Positions 1 to 14,333 are shown, counted from the stretch's first letter. The stretch is DNA of 64,000 nt from Eledone cirrhosa (GCA_964016885.1 OZ024749.1:38130001-38194000), one strand, 5' to 3'. The notes: generated by a model from the letters alone, not told the origin. Numbers and translations are program-made.

Positions 1-1075
1 AGTAACACTGAAGCAACACCTTCAACAGAGGAAAAAGGTTGGCGACCATCTTGCTCAGGTTTATGAGCATGAAAAAAGAAATATCATTAGAATAGCGACT
101 GATCTGGAGGAGAGATATGGAATAAAGCCTGATATAAATCTCTCACCCAGAGAAATCGGAAGATCCTATTCAATGTTCAAACAAGAAAAAAAAATTGACC
201 AATTTACAGAGAAAGTTGTGCATGGATACTTGAGGCGTAAAACACAGACCATAGAGGGGATAAACCACTCAAAAAGCCTGGCATGGAGTTCCGACAAGTT
301 TATGACATCACACCTTGAGGGATATCTCTATGCAATACAGGAACAAGAACTCCCTACCAAATATCTGCTGCACAAAAGAGGAGGGCCAGCAGCTGACAAT
401 AAATGTAGGCTATGTAAAACAAAGATCGAGGATGTAAGCCACATTGTTGCCAGCTGCGAAAGAATGTCATCTCGCTACTACCTCCCCATGAGACACGATG
501 GGATAGCTAGATCTATCTGGAACGCACTTCGGAAAACAAAATTAACAACAAACGAGGAAGAATATATTGAGACAGATGGCACTAAGGAATACTGGTGGAA
601 CCTGAAAATAAAAACTGCCACCAAATTAAAGCACAACCGGCCTGATATTGTAGTTTGGGACCACACATTGAAAACGTGTTCTGTTGTGGAGATCAGCTGC
701 CCACTTGATGTAAACGTTGTCAGAAAAATACAGGAGAAGGAGGACATCTACGGACCATTGATGAGGAGCTTACAAATCCAGTATCCAAGATACACCTTTA
801 GCTTCATACCCATCATTGTTGGTGCTACGGGTTATATACCAACCCGCTTGGACCAAAGTATGACCGAACTTGGATTTGCGGACAAAAAGCGCAGCTCCCT
901 AATTCATAGTCTACAAATGGCTGCGATAGCTGGCACCTTCAAAATATGCAAAACATTCTTGCGATTCAAGGGATGACAATTTCTTTTCTTTTACAACCTT
1001 GCCACCAGGAAGGTGGCCGGTCAAAAAAATATACTCGAAATTAAGAGAAAGAGAAAACATACATACATACATACA
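1..1075 (+). mobile_element. R4/Dong-like LINE 3' portion with short 3' UTR and (TACA)n tail
   Basis: RLE ORF ends at 976. UTR hairpin GCCACC-AGGAA-GGTGGC at 1001-1017, then (ACAT)n from ~1057. Confidence 0.85.
2..976 (+). CDS. C-terminal part of an R4/Dong-clade non-LTR retrotransposon ORF (CCHC knuckle + restriction-like endonuclease), open to the window edge
   Basis: Frame has no stop from base 2. Motifs CRLC-x7-H-x4-C, RHD, RPDIVVWD...VVEISCP, K..Y, IPIIVGATG, GTFKICKTFL. Confidence 0.9.
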   Translation, partial: VTLKQHLQQRKKVGDHLAQVYEHEKRNIIRIATDLEERYGIKPDINLSPREIGRSYSMFKQEKKIDQFTEKVVHGYLRRKTQTIEGINHSKSLAWSSDKFMTSHLEGYLYAIQEQELPTKYLLHKRGGPAADNKCRLCKTKIEDVSHIVASCERMSSRYYLPMRHDGIARSIWNALRKTKLTTNEEEYIETDGTKEYWWNLKIKTATKLKHNRPDIVVWDHTLKTCSVVEISCPLDVNVVRKIQEKEDIYGPLMRSLQIQYPRYTFSFIPIIVGATGYIPTRLDQSMTELGFADKKRSSLIHSLQMAAIAGTFKICKTFLRFKG

Positions 1076-1323
1076 TTACATACATATTGTCACCATGCAT
1101 TCATACCCTGCCTGAATTGACAATAGTAAAGTAGCACCCACAAATTAGTAATGGAAAACCACCATCATGTGAACGGGTAATAAGCCCTTTGGGGACAAAT
1201 ATTCAAACACCGGCCAGAGTTACTCCCCTTGCTTTGTGTCAATAACAACGTGTATGTTTGAACTAAGAATGAACTTTGATGTATGTATGACTTTAAAGCC
1301 CCTTCTACTCTGTAGTTTTCTAT

Positions 1324-1364
1324 GCCCTTGAGAAGCCCTTTTCGGGCGAAATGTACGTAGGTGC
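1324..1364 (+). ncRNA. Type I hammerhead ribozyme motif, U3-A8 core variant
   Basis: TTGAGAA, stem II GCCC/GGGC, GAAA, near-palindromic stem III (ATGTACGT), GUA site, weak stem I CC/GG. Confidence 0.55.
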
Positions 1365-1414
1365 TTTTATATAAACATGTTCTGACAGTATATATTCTCC
1401 TTTGTATTCCTTTC

Positions 1415-1495
<81 letters not shown>

Positions 1496-1505
1496 TATAA
1501 ATATA

Positions 1506-1705
1506 TACAAACAAACAAACCGAGCATTATAATAAATGTTCGGTAAACCGATACGTGCATATATATATGTGTGCATGTATGTATATATATACATACTACT
1601 GTACGTCTGTATACATATATGTATGTACGTATACATACATACATACTTACATTTAAGTAAGTGTGTCGTACTAAGAGTGAGAAATGAAATTTCGTTTCAT
1701 TCTAT

Positions 1706-1707
<2 letters not shown>
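1506..1707 (+). mobile_element. 3' fragment of the retrozyme-like element found at 46941-48019
   Basis: Near-identical to ~47826-48019 and ends at the same point (tttcgtttcattctatt). Flanked by (TA)n and (CT)n/(TA)n. Confidence 0.85.
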
Positions 1708-1766
<59 letters not shown>

Positions 1767-2225
1767 CCCGGCTTGCGTACAATATATTCAATCAATGATT
1801 CTTCAAATGATTTGTGTGACTAGAAAATATAGAATGAGAAGCTTTTCTACTGAGGGAATATTGGTATGCAATTGGAGAGATTTTATCTAAGCCTTCCCTA
1901 AATCTCATATCCAAGACCACAGCAGCATTATTCTTCAAAATATCCATTTGTTAAAATTTCAGCGAGGAAAACTCTCAATCAATTTGCCTATAATATCTAG
2001 AGTGTTAAAATCACAATGTTCCTAGATTGGACCACTTTATTTGATTGCAAACACTACCTTCCATAAATATTCTGAGAAACTCACAGATATTCGGAAGCGT
2101 ATTTGAAAGGGCTAATGTTAACCTAAGATCCAGAGAAGAATAAAAGAATACTATAGTTGAATATATGTTTAACACTATTAGTTGAACTGTCTATTGTAGT
2201 GGAATATATATATATATATATATAT

Positions 2226-2525
2226 TCTTTTACTCTTTTACCTGTTACAGCCATCCGGCTGAGGCCATGCTGGGGCACCGACCTTGTTGCTACACATTTT
2301 ATCTCCAGCTTGTATTGGTTGGCCACTGGGGCAAGAGGGAGTTCGTTGCTGCTGCCCTTAGGTTTCCCTCGTGCCTTGATGTGGGCCCATCCGGGATCCT
2401 GGATAGCAAGGTGTCGAGATGTTTCTTAAAGACATCCACATCAACACCATACAGATCCCTCGGCAGTTTGTTGAAGAGTTGAGGGCCCTTGAACCCCAGG
2501 CTTTTGCATTATATGCTCCCTATTC

Positions 2526-2526
<1 letters not shown>
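2226..2526 (-). mobile_element. 5'-truncated CR1/L2-group LINE (ORF2 C-terminus + 3' tail)
   Basis: Minus strand reads SLGFKGPQLFNKLPRDLYGVDVDVFKKHLDTLLSRIPDGP...RAAATNSLLPQ. 3' end is ggtgccccagcatggcc...gtaaaagagtaaaagaa. Between (TA)n tracts. Confidence 0.75.
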
Positions 2527-2594
<68 letters not shown>

Positions 2595-2669
2595 GTATGA
2601 ATGTATGTATGTGTATGTAAAGTGTAAACAGAAATAACAAAGAAAACAATACATTACAATGTGTATGTA

Positions 2670-2740
<71 letters not shown>

Positions 2741-2742
2741 CA

Positions 2743-2803
<61 letters not shown>

Positions 2804-2805
2804 CA

Positions 2806-2899
<94 letters not shown>

Positions 2900-3285
2900 T
2901 ATATGTGTATATATATATATGTATGTATGTGTGTATAGATGTTTGTAACATCAAACGCAGTGGACCAGCATATGTGTGTATGTGTGTGTGTGTGCGTGTA
3001 TGATTGTGTATCTGGTGTATATAGCAGTATTTACACTATCCTTTCCTCTCTAACAAATGAAAGATAAAGGTGGGTTGATGGAGGTGGGTAAATGGAAAGT
3101 GTGATGGCGCGTGAAGGACTATGAGGGTGGGGCAATACTGGAATGACGGTGACATAAGGAAGTGATTGATGGAGGGGATGAAGGAGAGGAATATATTTGA
3201 AGCATTGTACACACATAGAGGTATTGAATACATTTGTGTACTACTTGTGTTATCGCAATCAGCCGTATTTGCATATATATATATA

Positions 3286-3410
<125 letters not shown>

Positions 3411-3465
3411 GTATGTGTATATATATGTATGTATATATATGTATATATATATGTATATATGTATG

Positions 3466-3537
<72 letters not shown>

Positions 3538-3541
3538 CATA

Positions 3542-3592
<51 letters not shown>

Positions 3593-3617
3593 ATATGTGT
3601 GTGTGTGTGTGAATATA

Positions 3618-3687
<70 letters not shown>

Positions 3688-3837
3688 TATATATATGAAT
3701 AGTGTAGAAAGGACAATCAAATTATGGTCAAGAAATTAACCCAAATGTCAGCTGCCGCTGTTACTGCTGCTGTTATTATAATGAAGTTACTTCTGGACAA
3801 AGAAACATTAGAAACAACTTACAGCATACAAAATCTA

Positions 3838-3985
3838 TACAATACAATAGACAACATACACTATACAACATTTACACAATACAATAGACAGCATACACTA
3901 TACAACATTTACACAATACAATAGACAACATACACTATTCATATACACAATACAACAGATAACATACACTAAACAACATTTACAA
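3838..3985. repeat. ~36-bp minisatellite, about 4 copies
   Basis: Repeated acaatacaatagacaacatacactatacaacattt. Confidence 0.8.
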
Positions 3986-4165
3986 GCACGTATAATGCAA
4001 ATCAATTTCAAAAGCAAAAGAATATCACAGAAAATCAATCAGCCAGCCAACCAATCATCAAACCTACAGTCTACAGGAACCTTGTAGACACACACACATA
4101 TATATATATATGTCTCTCCACCACTCCCCTACACACCCTTGGAACTCTCTTCCCACACACTTTTC

Positions 4166-4197
4166 ACCTGAAGAAGGGCTTATGCCCAAAACGTCGT
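4166..4197 (+). ncRNA. Degenerate hammerhead (G12 to A) in a Penelope-like 3' fragment (~4111-4290)
   Basis: AC-CTGAAGA-A-GGGC-TTAT-GCCC-AAAA(for GAAA)-CG-TC-GT. Confidence 0.6.
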
Positions 4198-4337
4198 TCC
4201 CCACCACCACCCCACTCTCAAGAGCGTGAAACTAATAAACCTTTGTTCGGACTGCCTCTCTGTTTTGTTCCCGTTCAATTTTTTACTATATATATATTTA
4301 TAATATAAGATCAAAAGATGGTTAAAAGAGTTCCATG

Positions 4338-4408
4338 TATTTTATTATCTGCATTTCAAAAACAAATATCATCATGCGATGACATTTGCGCTTTCATCAG
4401 ATAAAATA
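4338..4408 (-). ncRNA. Type I hammerhead ribozyme, family C copy (element ~4302 to at least 4470)
   Basis: Minus strand: TATTTTAT-CTGATGA-long stem II-GAAA-TGCAGA-TA-ATAAAATA. Homologous to 59016-59086. Confidence 0.8.
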
Positions 4409-6583
4409 GGGAGACATGATATGAAGGTTAAAAAACAGTTGTGAATAGTGCAGTTTTAAATCAACATATGAAAAGTAGTTTAAGATTGATATGTGATATT
4501 GAGGAAAAAAATGAGAAGGGGGGGTATGAAAGGATGAAAAAGAGGAGGAGATGAAAGTAAAGAATGGAGGGGGAGGAGTATAATAAGGAAGGATGAGATA
4601 GGAGGAGAGATGGGTGATAGAGAGAGATAGATAGCTTTTATAACTGAGAAAAATATATTGTTTTACAGAGAGAGGTTAAAAAATCGTTGGAAGATAATAT
4701 ATAAATTAAAAGAATTTGAAAATTAATGAATAGAAAAAATTAAGAATGATGTTAAATTAAGGTTTGTATATTGAAGGGTTTAGTAATATGTGCGATGAAA
4801 AGAAATTGTTAATATGTATTAAGAATAATATTAAATTAAGGTTTGAATATTGAAGGGTTTAATAATATGTGCGATGGAAAGAAATTGTTGATATGTATTA
4901 TTAAAATAAAAATAGTAATGTTATTAAGGATATAATGTGAAAAGAAGTAGAAGAGTAGATAAATTATGAATTTATAGGAATTAGTTAGTGTTTAAGTTTG
5001 TTTTTATGTAATGTAATATGTATTTGTAATATATGTAAATAGTTTATTTACAAATGAGCGCAGAAAGCAAAGAAGGAGATAGTGTTTAAGGAAGAGAAGA
5101 CCTTAACATCAACATATGTATGTTTATGAAGTATTTCCTAATGGTAATAATATAATGTAATAAAGGAGATTAGTTAGGGTTTAAGTTTGTTTTTATGTAA
5201 TGTGATGTGTAATATGTAAAAGTTAGACGAGCATGAAAGGGAGAAAAAATAATGAATTGAGGATGAATAATCTAATAATATTGTACTACAATAAAACTCA
5301 CCTCCTACATATATATATTTATATATATATATTTATATATATATATATTTATATATATATATTTATATATATATATTTATATATATATATTTATATATAT
5401 TTATATATTTATATATATATATTTATATATATATATTTATATATATATATTTATATATATATATTTATATATATATATATTTATATATATATATTTATAT
5501 ATATATATTTATATATATATATTTACATATATATATTTATATATATGTATATATATGAATTTCTTTCTTTACAAATTATTACATTCCTAATAGATGTTAA
5601 AAAAGGAACGGATCGTCAAATCAGACCAAAATAGTGTTTGCATTAATCTTTCCATTGCTGGTACTATCTTTTGGACGCAACTCTAGGCAGAATGAGGTGG
5701 AATTTGAGCTCATAACGCACATAGCCTGATCAGACGGACATACAGGAAGACAAAGAGTCAGGGAGAGCAGAGAGTTAGGGAGAGCAGTGATTTGGGGAGG
5801 GCAGAGAGTTAGGGAGAGCAGAGAGTCAGGGAGAGAGAAAGAGAAAGAAAAAAAAGAGAGAGAGAGTGGCGATAAAGTCCGGTAAATATAGAAAGCGAGG
5901 GGGAGAGAGAATGCGAGACATATATAGTATATCATAACTATAATAAAGGGAGGAGTCGGGACTGCGTCCCGAATATATTTATTTTATCCCATTAATAAAA
6001 TAAGTTAGATTACTTTGAATAAATAATGAATGAATATTGCATAATTTATCTACTAAATTTCGTAGCTGTTGATTAAACATAAATATTTTTAACATTCACT
6101 TCTTTTAAAATTTTCAAATGTCTACACTTCCGGTTAGCGTCCGTTATATCATAACACTTATTACATTGCTTATATAAACATCCGTATATTTGCATCGTTA
6201 TATAAGGTTTCATTACATTTCACCGTAATGCAGTTCATATATAATATCATCTTTTTTAAATGTATCATGCATGGATTACTTTACTGATTACAGAAGAGAG
6301 TGTAACACAGTCTCTCTTCAATTTCTGTGCATTTTGTCAATTACGATTTTGATATGACATCATTTTGTTATGAAATATCATCACTACATGCATGTATATA
6401 CACGTGCTATCAGAAAACCACCTAAAGGGTGGTTTTTCTGCTAGTATATATAATTATGAGTGGATTCCCAGAGGGTGTCGGGAGGTGACCACATTCGTAA
6501 AAGGTACTCAATACGTATTTTATATAGAAAAGACTTCTACTCGACCAGAACCGTGTTTTTCGTATAAAATAATCTGGAATTTC

Positions 6584-6620
6584 CTGATGATTTCATACGA
6601 ATGATACAGTTCTAATCCAC
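6584..6620 (+). ncRNA. Degenerate hammerhead related to 45902-45950
   Basis: CTGATGA-TTTC-ATAC-GAAT-GATA(for GAAA)-CAGTTCTA. Confidence 0.5.
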
Positions 6621-6678
6621 TAATAGTCATATCTATATGAAATAATACTGGTTGCATTCTATATATATATATATATAT

Positions 6679-7218
6679 ATAAAGTATTAAAAAAATAATG
6701 AATAAAACAATGAAACAGTTCCTTATATTAAACAAAAAAAGTTCATTATTTAACGATCGTTTCTAGGACATATATGTGTTAGAATTGGCATGCATATTCA
6801 ACAGATCTATGTACAAAATTATACAAAATTATACAAACTATCAAATATAATATACATACCAAACACATACATATGCCGTCTTCAGAAGACGGCATATGTA
6901 TGTGTTTGGTATGTATATTATATTTGATAGTTTGTATAATTTTGTATAATTTTGTACATAGATCTGTTGAATATGCATGCCAATTCTAACACATATATGT
7001 CCTAGAAACGATCGTTAAATAATGAACTTTTTTTGTTTAATATAAGGAACTGTTTCATTGTTCTATTCATTATTTTTTTAATACTTTATCTTGACTCTGT
7101 ATTCCGTTTATCTTTCACCGAAAGTGATTTTTGAATGCATCTCTTCTTTCCATGATATCCGGATTACATTGAGTTCTTCATACGGATTGGACACAACCGT
7201 AAACTCTTGGTAGATTTA

Positions 7219-7221
<3 letters not shown>
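6679..7221 (+). mobile_element. Penelope-like fold-back insertion: 411-bp palindrome (6679-7089, centre 6884) plus ~130-bp tail, between (TA)n tracts
   Basis: Arms are reverse complements with one mismatch seen. The arm carries a hammerhead-like core GAAGA...long stem II...GAAACGATCGTT. Confidence 0.8.
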
Positions 7222-7289
<68 letters not shown>

Positions 7290-7308
7290 AGAGAGAGAGA
7301 GAGAGGGA

Positions 7309-7378
<70 letters not shown>

Positions 7379-7425
7379 GACAGAGAGAGGACACCTCATG
7401 GAATTAGTATTGAAAATAGTCTTAC

Positions 7426-7568
7426 TTTAATCTGACAAAGATGGCCTTTATATCCATTTCTACAATGACATTTGAAACCGTTCAGTAAATCTTCACATTT
7501 CCCTCCATGGAGGCACGGATTGGATTCACATTCATTGATCTGGATTTCACAGTGGTAACCATGGTAAC
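7426..7568 (-). CDS. Internal exon (phase 1 to 0), calcium-binding EGF repeat of the same gene
   Basis: Acceptor gaatag, donor |gtaaga. 143 nt reading (G)YHGYHCEIQINECESNPCLHGGKCEDLLNGFKCHCRNGYKGHLCQIK, a classic Notch-type cbEGF (INEC..NPC.HGG.C.D..NGF.C.C). In frame with the 12141 exon. Confidence 0.93.
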
Positions 7569-7654
7569 CTATTCATTACAAACACATACCATATATAGCA
7601 TTAGAACAATAATTACTACTACAACATCTACAACGACAAAAACAGCTACAGCAA

Positions 7655-10600
7655 CGTTTCAGTGTGTTTTGAGTGAATTCTCTCGACGCACCAGGAGTCT
7701 CACTTTACTGTGTTCTAAGTGAATTCTCTCGGCGCTCCAGGATTGTCACTTTACAGAGTGTACTGGGTGCATTCTCTCTTGGCACCAGGATTGTCACTTT
7801 ACAGTGTGTACCGGGCGCATTCTATCTTGGCACCAGAACTACCACTTTACGGTGTGTACTGGGTGTATTCTATCTTGGCACCAGAACTGCCATTTAACGG
7901 TGTGTACTGGGTGTATTCTATCTTGGCACCAGAACTGCCATTTAACGGTGTGTACTGGGTGTATTCTATCGTGGCACTAGAACTGCCATTTAACGGTGTG
8001 TACTGGGTGTATTCTATCTTGGCACCAGAACAACCACTTTACGGTGTGTACTGGGTGTATTCTATCTTGGCACCAGAACTGCCACTTTACAGTGTGTACT
8101 GGGTGCATTCCCATCTTGGCACCAGAACAACCACTTTACGGTGTGTACTAGGTGTATTCTATCTTGGCACCAGAGATACCACTTTTACTGTGTGTACTGG
8201 GTGTATTCTATCTTGGCACCAGAACTACCACTTTACAGTGTGTACTGGGTGTATTCTATCTTGGCACCAGAACTACCACTTTTACTGTGTGTACTGGGTG
8301 TATTCTATCTTGGCACCAGAACTACCACTTTACAGTGTGTACTGGGTGTATTCTATCTTGGCACCAGAACTACCACTTTACAGTGTGTACTGGGTGTATT
8401 CTATCTTGAAACCAGAACTGCCACTTTTACTGTGTGTACTGGGTGTATTCTATCTTGGCACCAGAACTACCACTTTTACTGTGTGTACAGGGTGTATTCT
8501 ATCTTGGCACCAGAACTACCACTTTACAGTGTGTACTGGGTGTATTCTATCTTGGCACCAGAACTACCACTTTACGGTGTGTACCTGGTGTATTCTATCT
8601 TGGCACCAGAACTACCACTTTACGGTGTGTACTGGGTGTATTCTATCTTGGCACCAGAACTGCCACTTTTACTGTGTGTACTGGGTGTATTCTATCTTGG
8701 CACCAGAACTACCACTTTACAGTGTGTACTGGGTGTATTCTATCTTGGCACCAGAACTACCACTTTACGGTGTGTACCTGGTGTATTCTATCTTGGCACC
8801 AGAACTACCACTTTACGGTGTGTACTGGGTGTATTCTATCTTGGCACCAGAACTGCCACTTTTACTGTGTGTACTGGGTGTATTCTATCTTGGCACCAGA
8901 ACTACCACTTTACAGTGTGTACTGGGTGTATTCTATCTTGGCACCAGAACTACCACTTTACGGTGTGTACCTGGTGTATTCTATCTTGGCACCAGAACTA
9001 CCACTTTACGGTGTGTACTGGGTGTATTCTATCTTGGCACCAGAACTGCCACTTTTACTGTGTGTACTGGGTGTATTCTATCTTGGCACCAGAACTACCA
9101 CTTTACAGTGTGTACTGGGTGCATTCTATCTTGGCACCAGAACTACCACTTTACAGTGTGTACTGGGTGTATTCTATCTTGGCACCAGAACTACCACTTT
9201 ACAGTGTGTACTGGGTGTATTCTATCTTGGCACCAGAACTGCCACTTTTACTGTGTGTACTAGGTGCCATCTATCTTGGCACCAGAACTGCCATTCAACA
9301 GTGTGTACTGGGTGTATTCTATCTTGGCACCAGAACTGCCACTTTTACTGTGTGTACTGGGTGTATTCTATTTTGGCACCAGAACTACCACTTTACAGTG
9401 TGTACTGGGTGTATTCTATCTTGGCACCAGAACTACCACTTTACAGTGTGTACTGGGTGTATTCTATCTTGGCACCAGAACTACCACTTTACAGTGTGTA
9501 CTGGGTGTATTCTATCTTGGCACCAGAACTGCCACTTTACAGTGTGTACTGGGTGCATTCCCATCTTGGCACCAGAACAACCACTTTACGGTGTGTACTA
9601 GGTGTGTTCTATCTTGGCACCAGAGATACCACTTTTACTGTGTGTACTGGGTGTATTCTATCTTGGCACCAGAACTACCACTTTACAGTGTGTACTGGGT
9701 GTATTCTATCTTGGCACCAGAACTACCACTTTACGGTGTGTACCTGGTGCATTCTATCTTGGCACCAGAACTACCACTTTACAGTGTGTACTGGGTGTAT
9801 TCTATCTTGGCACCAGAACTACCACTTTACAGTGTGTACAGGGTGTATTCTATCTTGGCACCAGAACTGCCACTTTTACTGTGTGTACTGGGTGTATTCT
9901 ATCTTGGCACCAGAACTACCACTTTACAGTGTGTACAGGGTGTATTCTATCTTGGCACCAGAACTGCCACTTTTACTGTGTGTACTAGGTGCCATCTATC
10001 TTGGCACCAGAACTGCCATTCAACAGTGTGTACTGGGTGTATTCTATCTTGGCACCAGAACTGCCACTTTTACTGTGTGTACTGTGTGCCATCTATCTTG
10101 GCACCAGAACTACCACTTTACAGTGTGTACTGTGTGCTATCTATCGTGGCACCAGAACTGCCATTCAACAGTGTGTACTGGGTGTATTCTATCTTGGCAC
10201 CAGAACTACCACTTTACGGTGTGTACCTGGTGCATTCTATCTTGGCACCAGAACTACCACTTTACAGTGTGTACTGGGTGTATTCTATCTTGGCACCAGA
10301 ACTACCACTTTACAGTGTGTACAGGGTGTATTCTATCTTGGCACCAGAACTGCCACTTTTACTGTGTGTACTGGGTGTATTCTATCTTGGCACCAGAACT
10401 ACCACTTTACAGTGTGTACTGGGTGTATTCTATCTTGGCACCAGAACTGCCACTTTTACTGTGTGTACTGGGTGTATTCTATCTTGGCACCAGAACTACC
10501 ACTTTACAGTGTGTACAGGGTGTATTCTATCTTGGCACCAGAACTGCCACTTTTACTGTGTGTACTAGGTGCCATCTATCTTGGCACCAGAACTGCCATT

Positions 10601-10861
10601 CAACAGTGTGTACTGGGTGTATTCTATCTTGGCACCAGAACTGCCACTTTTACTGTGTGTACTGTGTGCCATCTATCTTGGCACCAGAACTACCACTTTA
10701 CAGTGTGTACTGTGTGCCATCTATCGTGGCACCAGAACTGCCATTCAACAGTGTGTACTGGGTGTATTCTATCTTGGCACCAGAACTGCCACTTTTACTG
10801 TGTGTACTGGGTGTGCCATCTATCGTGGCACCAGAACTGCCATTCAACAGTGTGTACTGGC
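7655..10861. repeat. 48/49-bp minisatellite, roughly 65 copies
   Basis: Unit ggcaccagaactaccactttacagtgtgtactgggtgtattctatctt. The 49-bp variants shift frame. The left edge is degenerate. Confidence 0.97.
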
Positions 10862-11472
10862 TATATTTAAACGTAGTACTAGTGTTATGTATCAAAGCCT
10901 TAGGGCGACTCAAGCATTTTGAGTGGATGAGGTTAGAGCGAACCTGTATGGACGACTGTCGAATGGTCTATACTTGTAAATCAAGTAGCCAGCCTTGATA
11001 CCCCATAATACCTCACGCTGAATAACCCCGAGACTTACGTTGGGTGTACACGTGTCATTGGGATGGAATGCTCAACCATTTACACTTTAATTTTATTAAC
11101 ACAACATTATTATTTTATTCATCGTCGATGCCGACAGAGGTCCATCGATTTAGAATACGTTACTAAAATTTTAATCTGACCATTACTGGCCATTAAACTG
11201 TAAACACCTAACAATGATGGATTTCAATTACGACCTATAATTACATTTCTCTGAACTCAAATTTATATAATTTTAATAATGCTATACTATATTATCATTA
11301 TTAATCAATATTATTAACGATCTACTATGGAATTCTACATGTATTTGTTTTTTGTTTTTTTTATTAAATTCCCATTATTTATATTTGAAATAGTATTTAT
11401 TTTTTCCTCGATTATTTGTCATGAAAAAGAAGCCGACCAAAAGAACCTGTTACATAGTTATTGTTGTTGTTG

Positions 11473-11542
<70 letters not shown>

Positions 11543-11725
11543 GTTGTTGTTATTGTCGTTGTTATTATTGTTGTTATTATTATGTTATGTGAAAAATGAT
11601 GCACAATAATGGGATATTATTTTAAATTATCTTCTGAAAAGAGATTTAAGAAGAAATAATTTAAATTATAAATGCGCAATTCAAGCCACGCCTCACTAAG
11701 GCTTTTATATATACACACACATGCA

Positions 11726-11760
<35 letters not shown>

Positions 11761-11857
11761 ACACACACTCACACACACACACATATATATTTATATGTAT
11801 ATATATATATATATATGGGTGTGTGTGTATGTGTATATATATATGTATATATATATA

Positions 11858-12042
<185 letters not shown>

Positions 12043-12140
12043 ATATGTGTAGATGTGTATATGTGTCTGCGTATGCACTTATTTATGTATGTATGTGTGC
12101 ATATATGAATGCAGGTGTGTTTATTTGCAATGTGCCGTAC

Positions 12141-12374
12141 CTGGAATGCAGTAACAATTGTAGCTGTTTTCACCGTTTTCTTGACAAATGCCGTTCTTGC
12201 AGGGATTTGTATGGCAGCCGCTGTATAAGTTATCACAATTGCTTCCTATATAACCGTTGGAACAAAGACATGTGTAATTCCCATTGGATGTTTCAATACA
12301 GCTGGAATTCATTGGACAGTTTAAGGCCCAGCATGCATCAGTAATTTTCTCTTCACAGTATTCACCAGTATAAC
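12141..12374 (-). CDS. Internal exon (phase 1 to 1), two EGF repeats of the same gene
   Basis: Acceptor ttgcttctttgtag, donor G|gtacgg. 234 nt reading (G)[77 protein letters not shown](G). Phase and motif join the 54270 exon as CSCTQ-GYTGEYC. Confidence 0.93.
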
Positions 12375-13022
12375 CTACAAAGAAGCAAATATATAAAGCA
12401 AAATTGTGTTTAGATATAAAGAGACTGAAATTTATATAGAAGATGTGTTGAGTATTTGTTTACTAGTGTTTGTTTTATTTGTAACCAATCAAATCTTGAT
12501 GTATTGATGACTTATCAGTACGATCATGTCTGTTTTTATTTTGTGCAAATATTGTCGCGCTATATACTGCATTTCAATCGTTTATACAACTAAAAAGGAT
12601 TCATCATTTAATAAAAGAGAATAAAGAAAGACATATACACATAATTACACAGACTAATTCACACACACATACACACATAGAATTTGGTTGTGGTATGTGA
12701 GACAAATTACTGAGTACTTTTCAATATGTTCATATTTCAATGAGATTTATTTACGCCAGCCCTACTACTAGACTTGTACACATATATACATTCAGCTGCT
12801 CTACTTGATTACAGAACCACCACGCTTGCTTTACTGCAGACCCACACACAGAAACCACCTCAAGCACACACAGACAGACACATAAATATATACACATATA
12901 CACAGAGAAATTCCAAGGAAAATAAAAGAAAATATGACATATCTTCAGAAAAATCTAAAAATGATGTTCTGTAATTAGGTTTGAGTAAATTTTCTGTATT
13001 TTGAATATACATATGATTGTAG

Positions 13023-13086
<64 letters not shown>

Positions 13087-13247
13087 CGGTGTGTGTGTAT
13101 GTGTGTAAGTGTCTGTATGTGTGGTGTGTGGTGCGTGTGTGTGTGCGTGCGTATTTGTGTATGTGTGTGTATATATGTGTGTAAAATGTAAACAGAAATA
13201 ACAAAACAAACGGAACAGTATATGGGCGAAATATATTAGTTTATATG

Positions 13248-13278
<31 letters not shown>

Positions 13279-13309
13279 GTATATGTATATATATATGTAT
13301 ATATATATG

Positions 13310-13411
<102 letters not shown>

Positions 13412-13448
13412 TAAATAAATAAATAAATATATACATATATATCTATGC

Positions 13449-13526
<78 letters not shown>

Positions 13527-13590
13527 ATATAAACTAATATATTTCCATGAATCTTTTGTTTTTGTTATTTCTGTTTACCCTTTACATATG

Positions 13591-13663
<73 letters not shown>

Positions 13664-13780
13664 TATATACATATATATACCTATATACATATATATACAT
13701 ATATATACCTATATACATATATATATATATACATATATATATATACATATATACATATATATATATACATATATGTATAC

Positions 13781-13827
<47 letters not shown>

Positions 13828-13830
13828 TAT

Positions 13831-13893
<63 letters not shown>

Positions 13894-13918
13894 CATATAT
13901 ATACATATATATATAAAC

Positions 13919-13949
<31 letters not shown>

Positions 13950-13978
13950 CATATATATACATACATACATATATATAC

Positions 13979-14091
<113 letters not shown>

Positions 14092-14216
14092 CATATATAT
14101 ATATACATATATATATATACACATATATATATATATACATATATATACACACATATATATATACGTATATATATATATATATATATATACATATATATAC
14201 ACATATATATATATAC

Positions 14217-14333
<117 letters not shown>

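Noticed and set aside
2064-2122. CTGAGAA...GAAAGGGCTA hammerhead-like string
   Set aside because: No convincing stem II and stem I is out of register.
5621-5725. Possible terminal exon after a pyrimidine tract (cag|AMCVMSSNSTSFC...)
   Set aside because: Does not continue the EGF pattern expected after CQIK. The pyrimidine tract is a GA-type repeat.
7719-10998. Long ORFs of 293-854 aa, and a superficial CRISPR-like look
   Set aside because: These are translations of a 48/49-bp minisatellite with constant frame hopping. There are no unique spacers and no cas genes, and the context is a eukaryotic intron.
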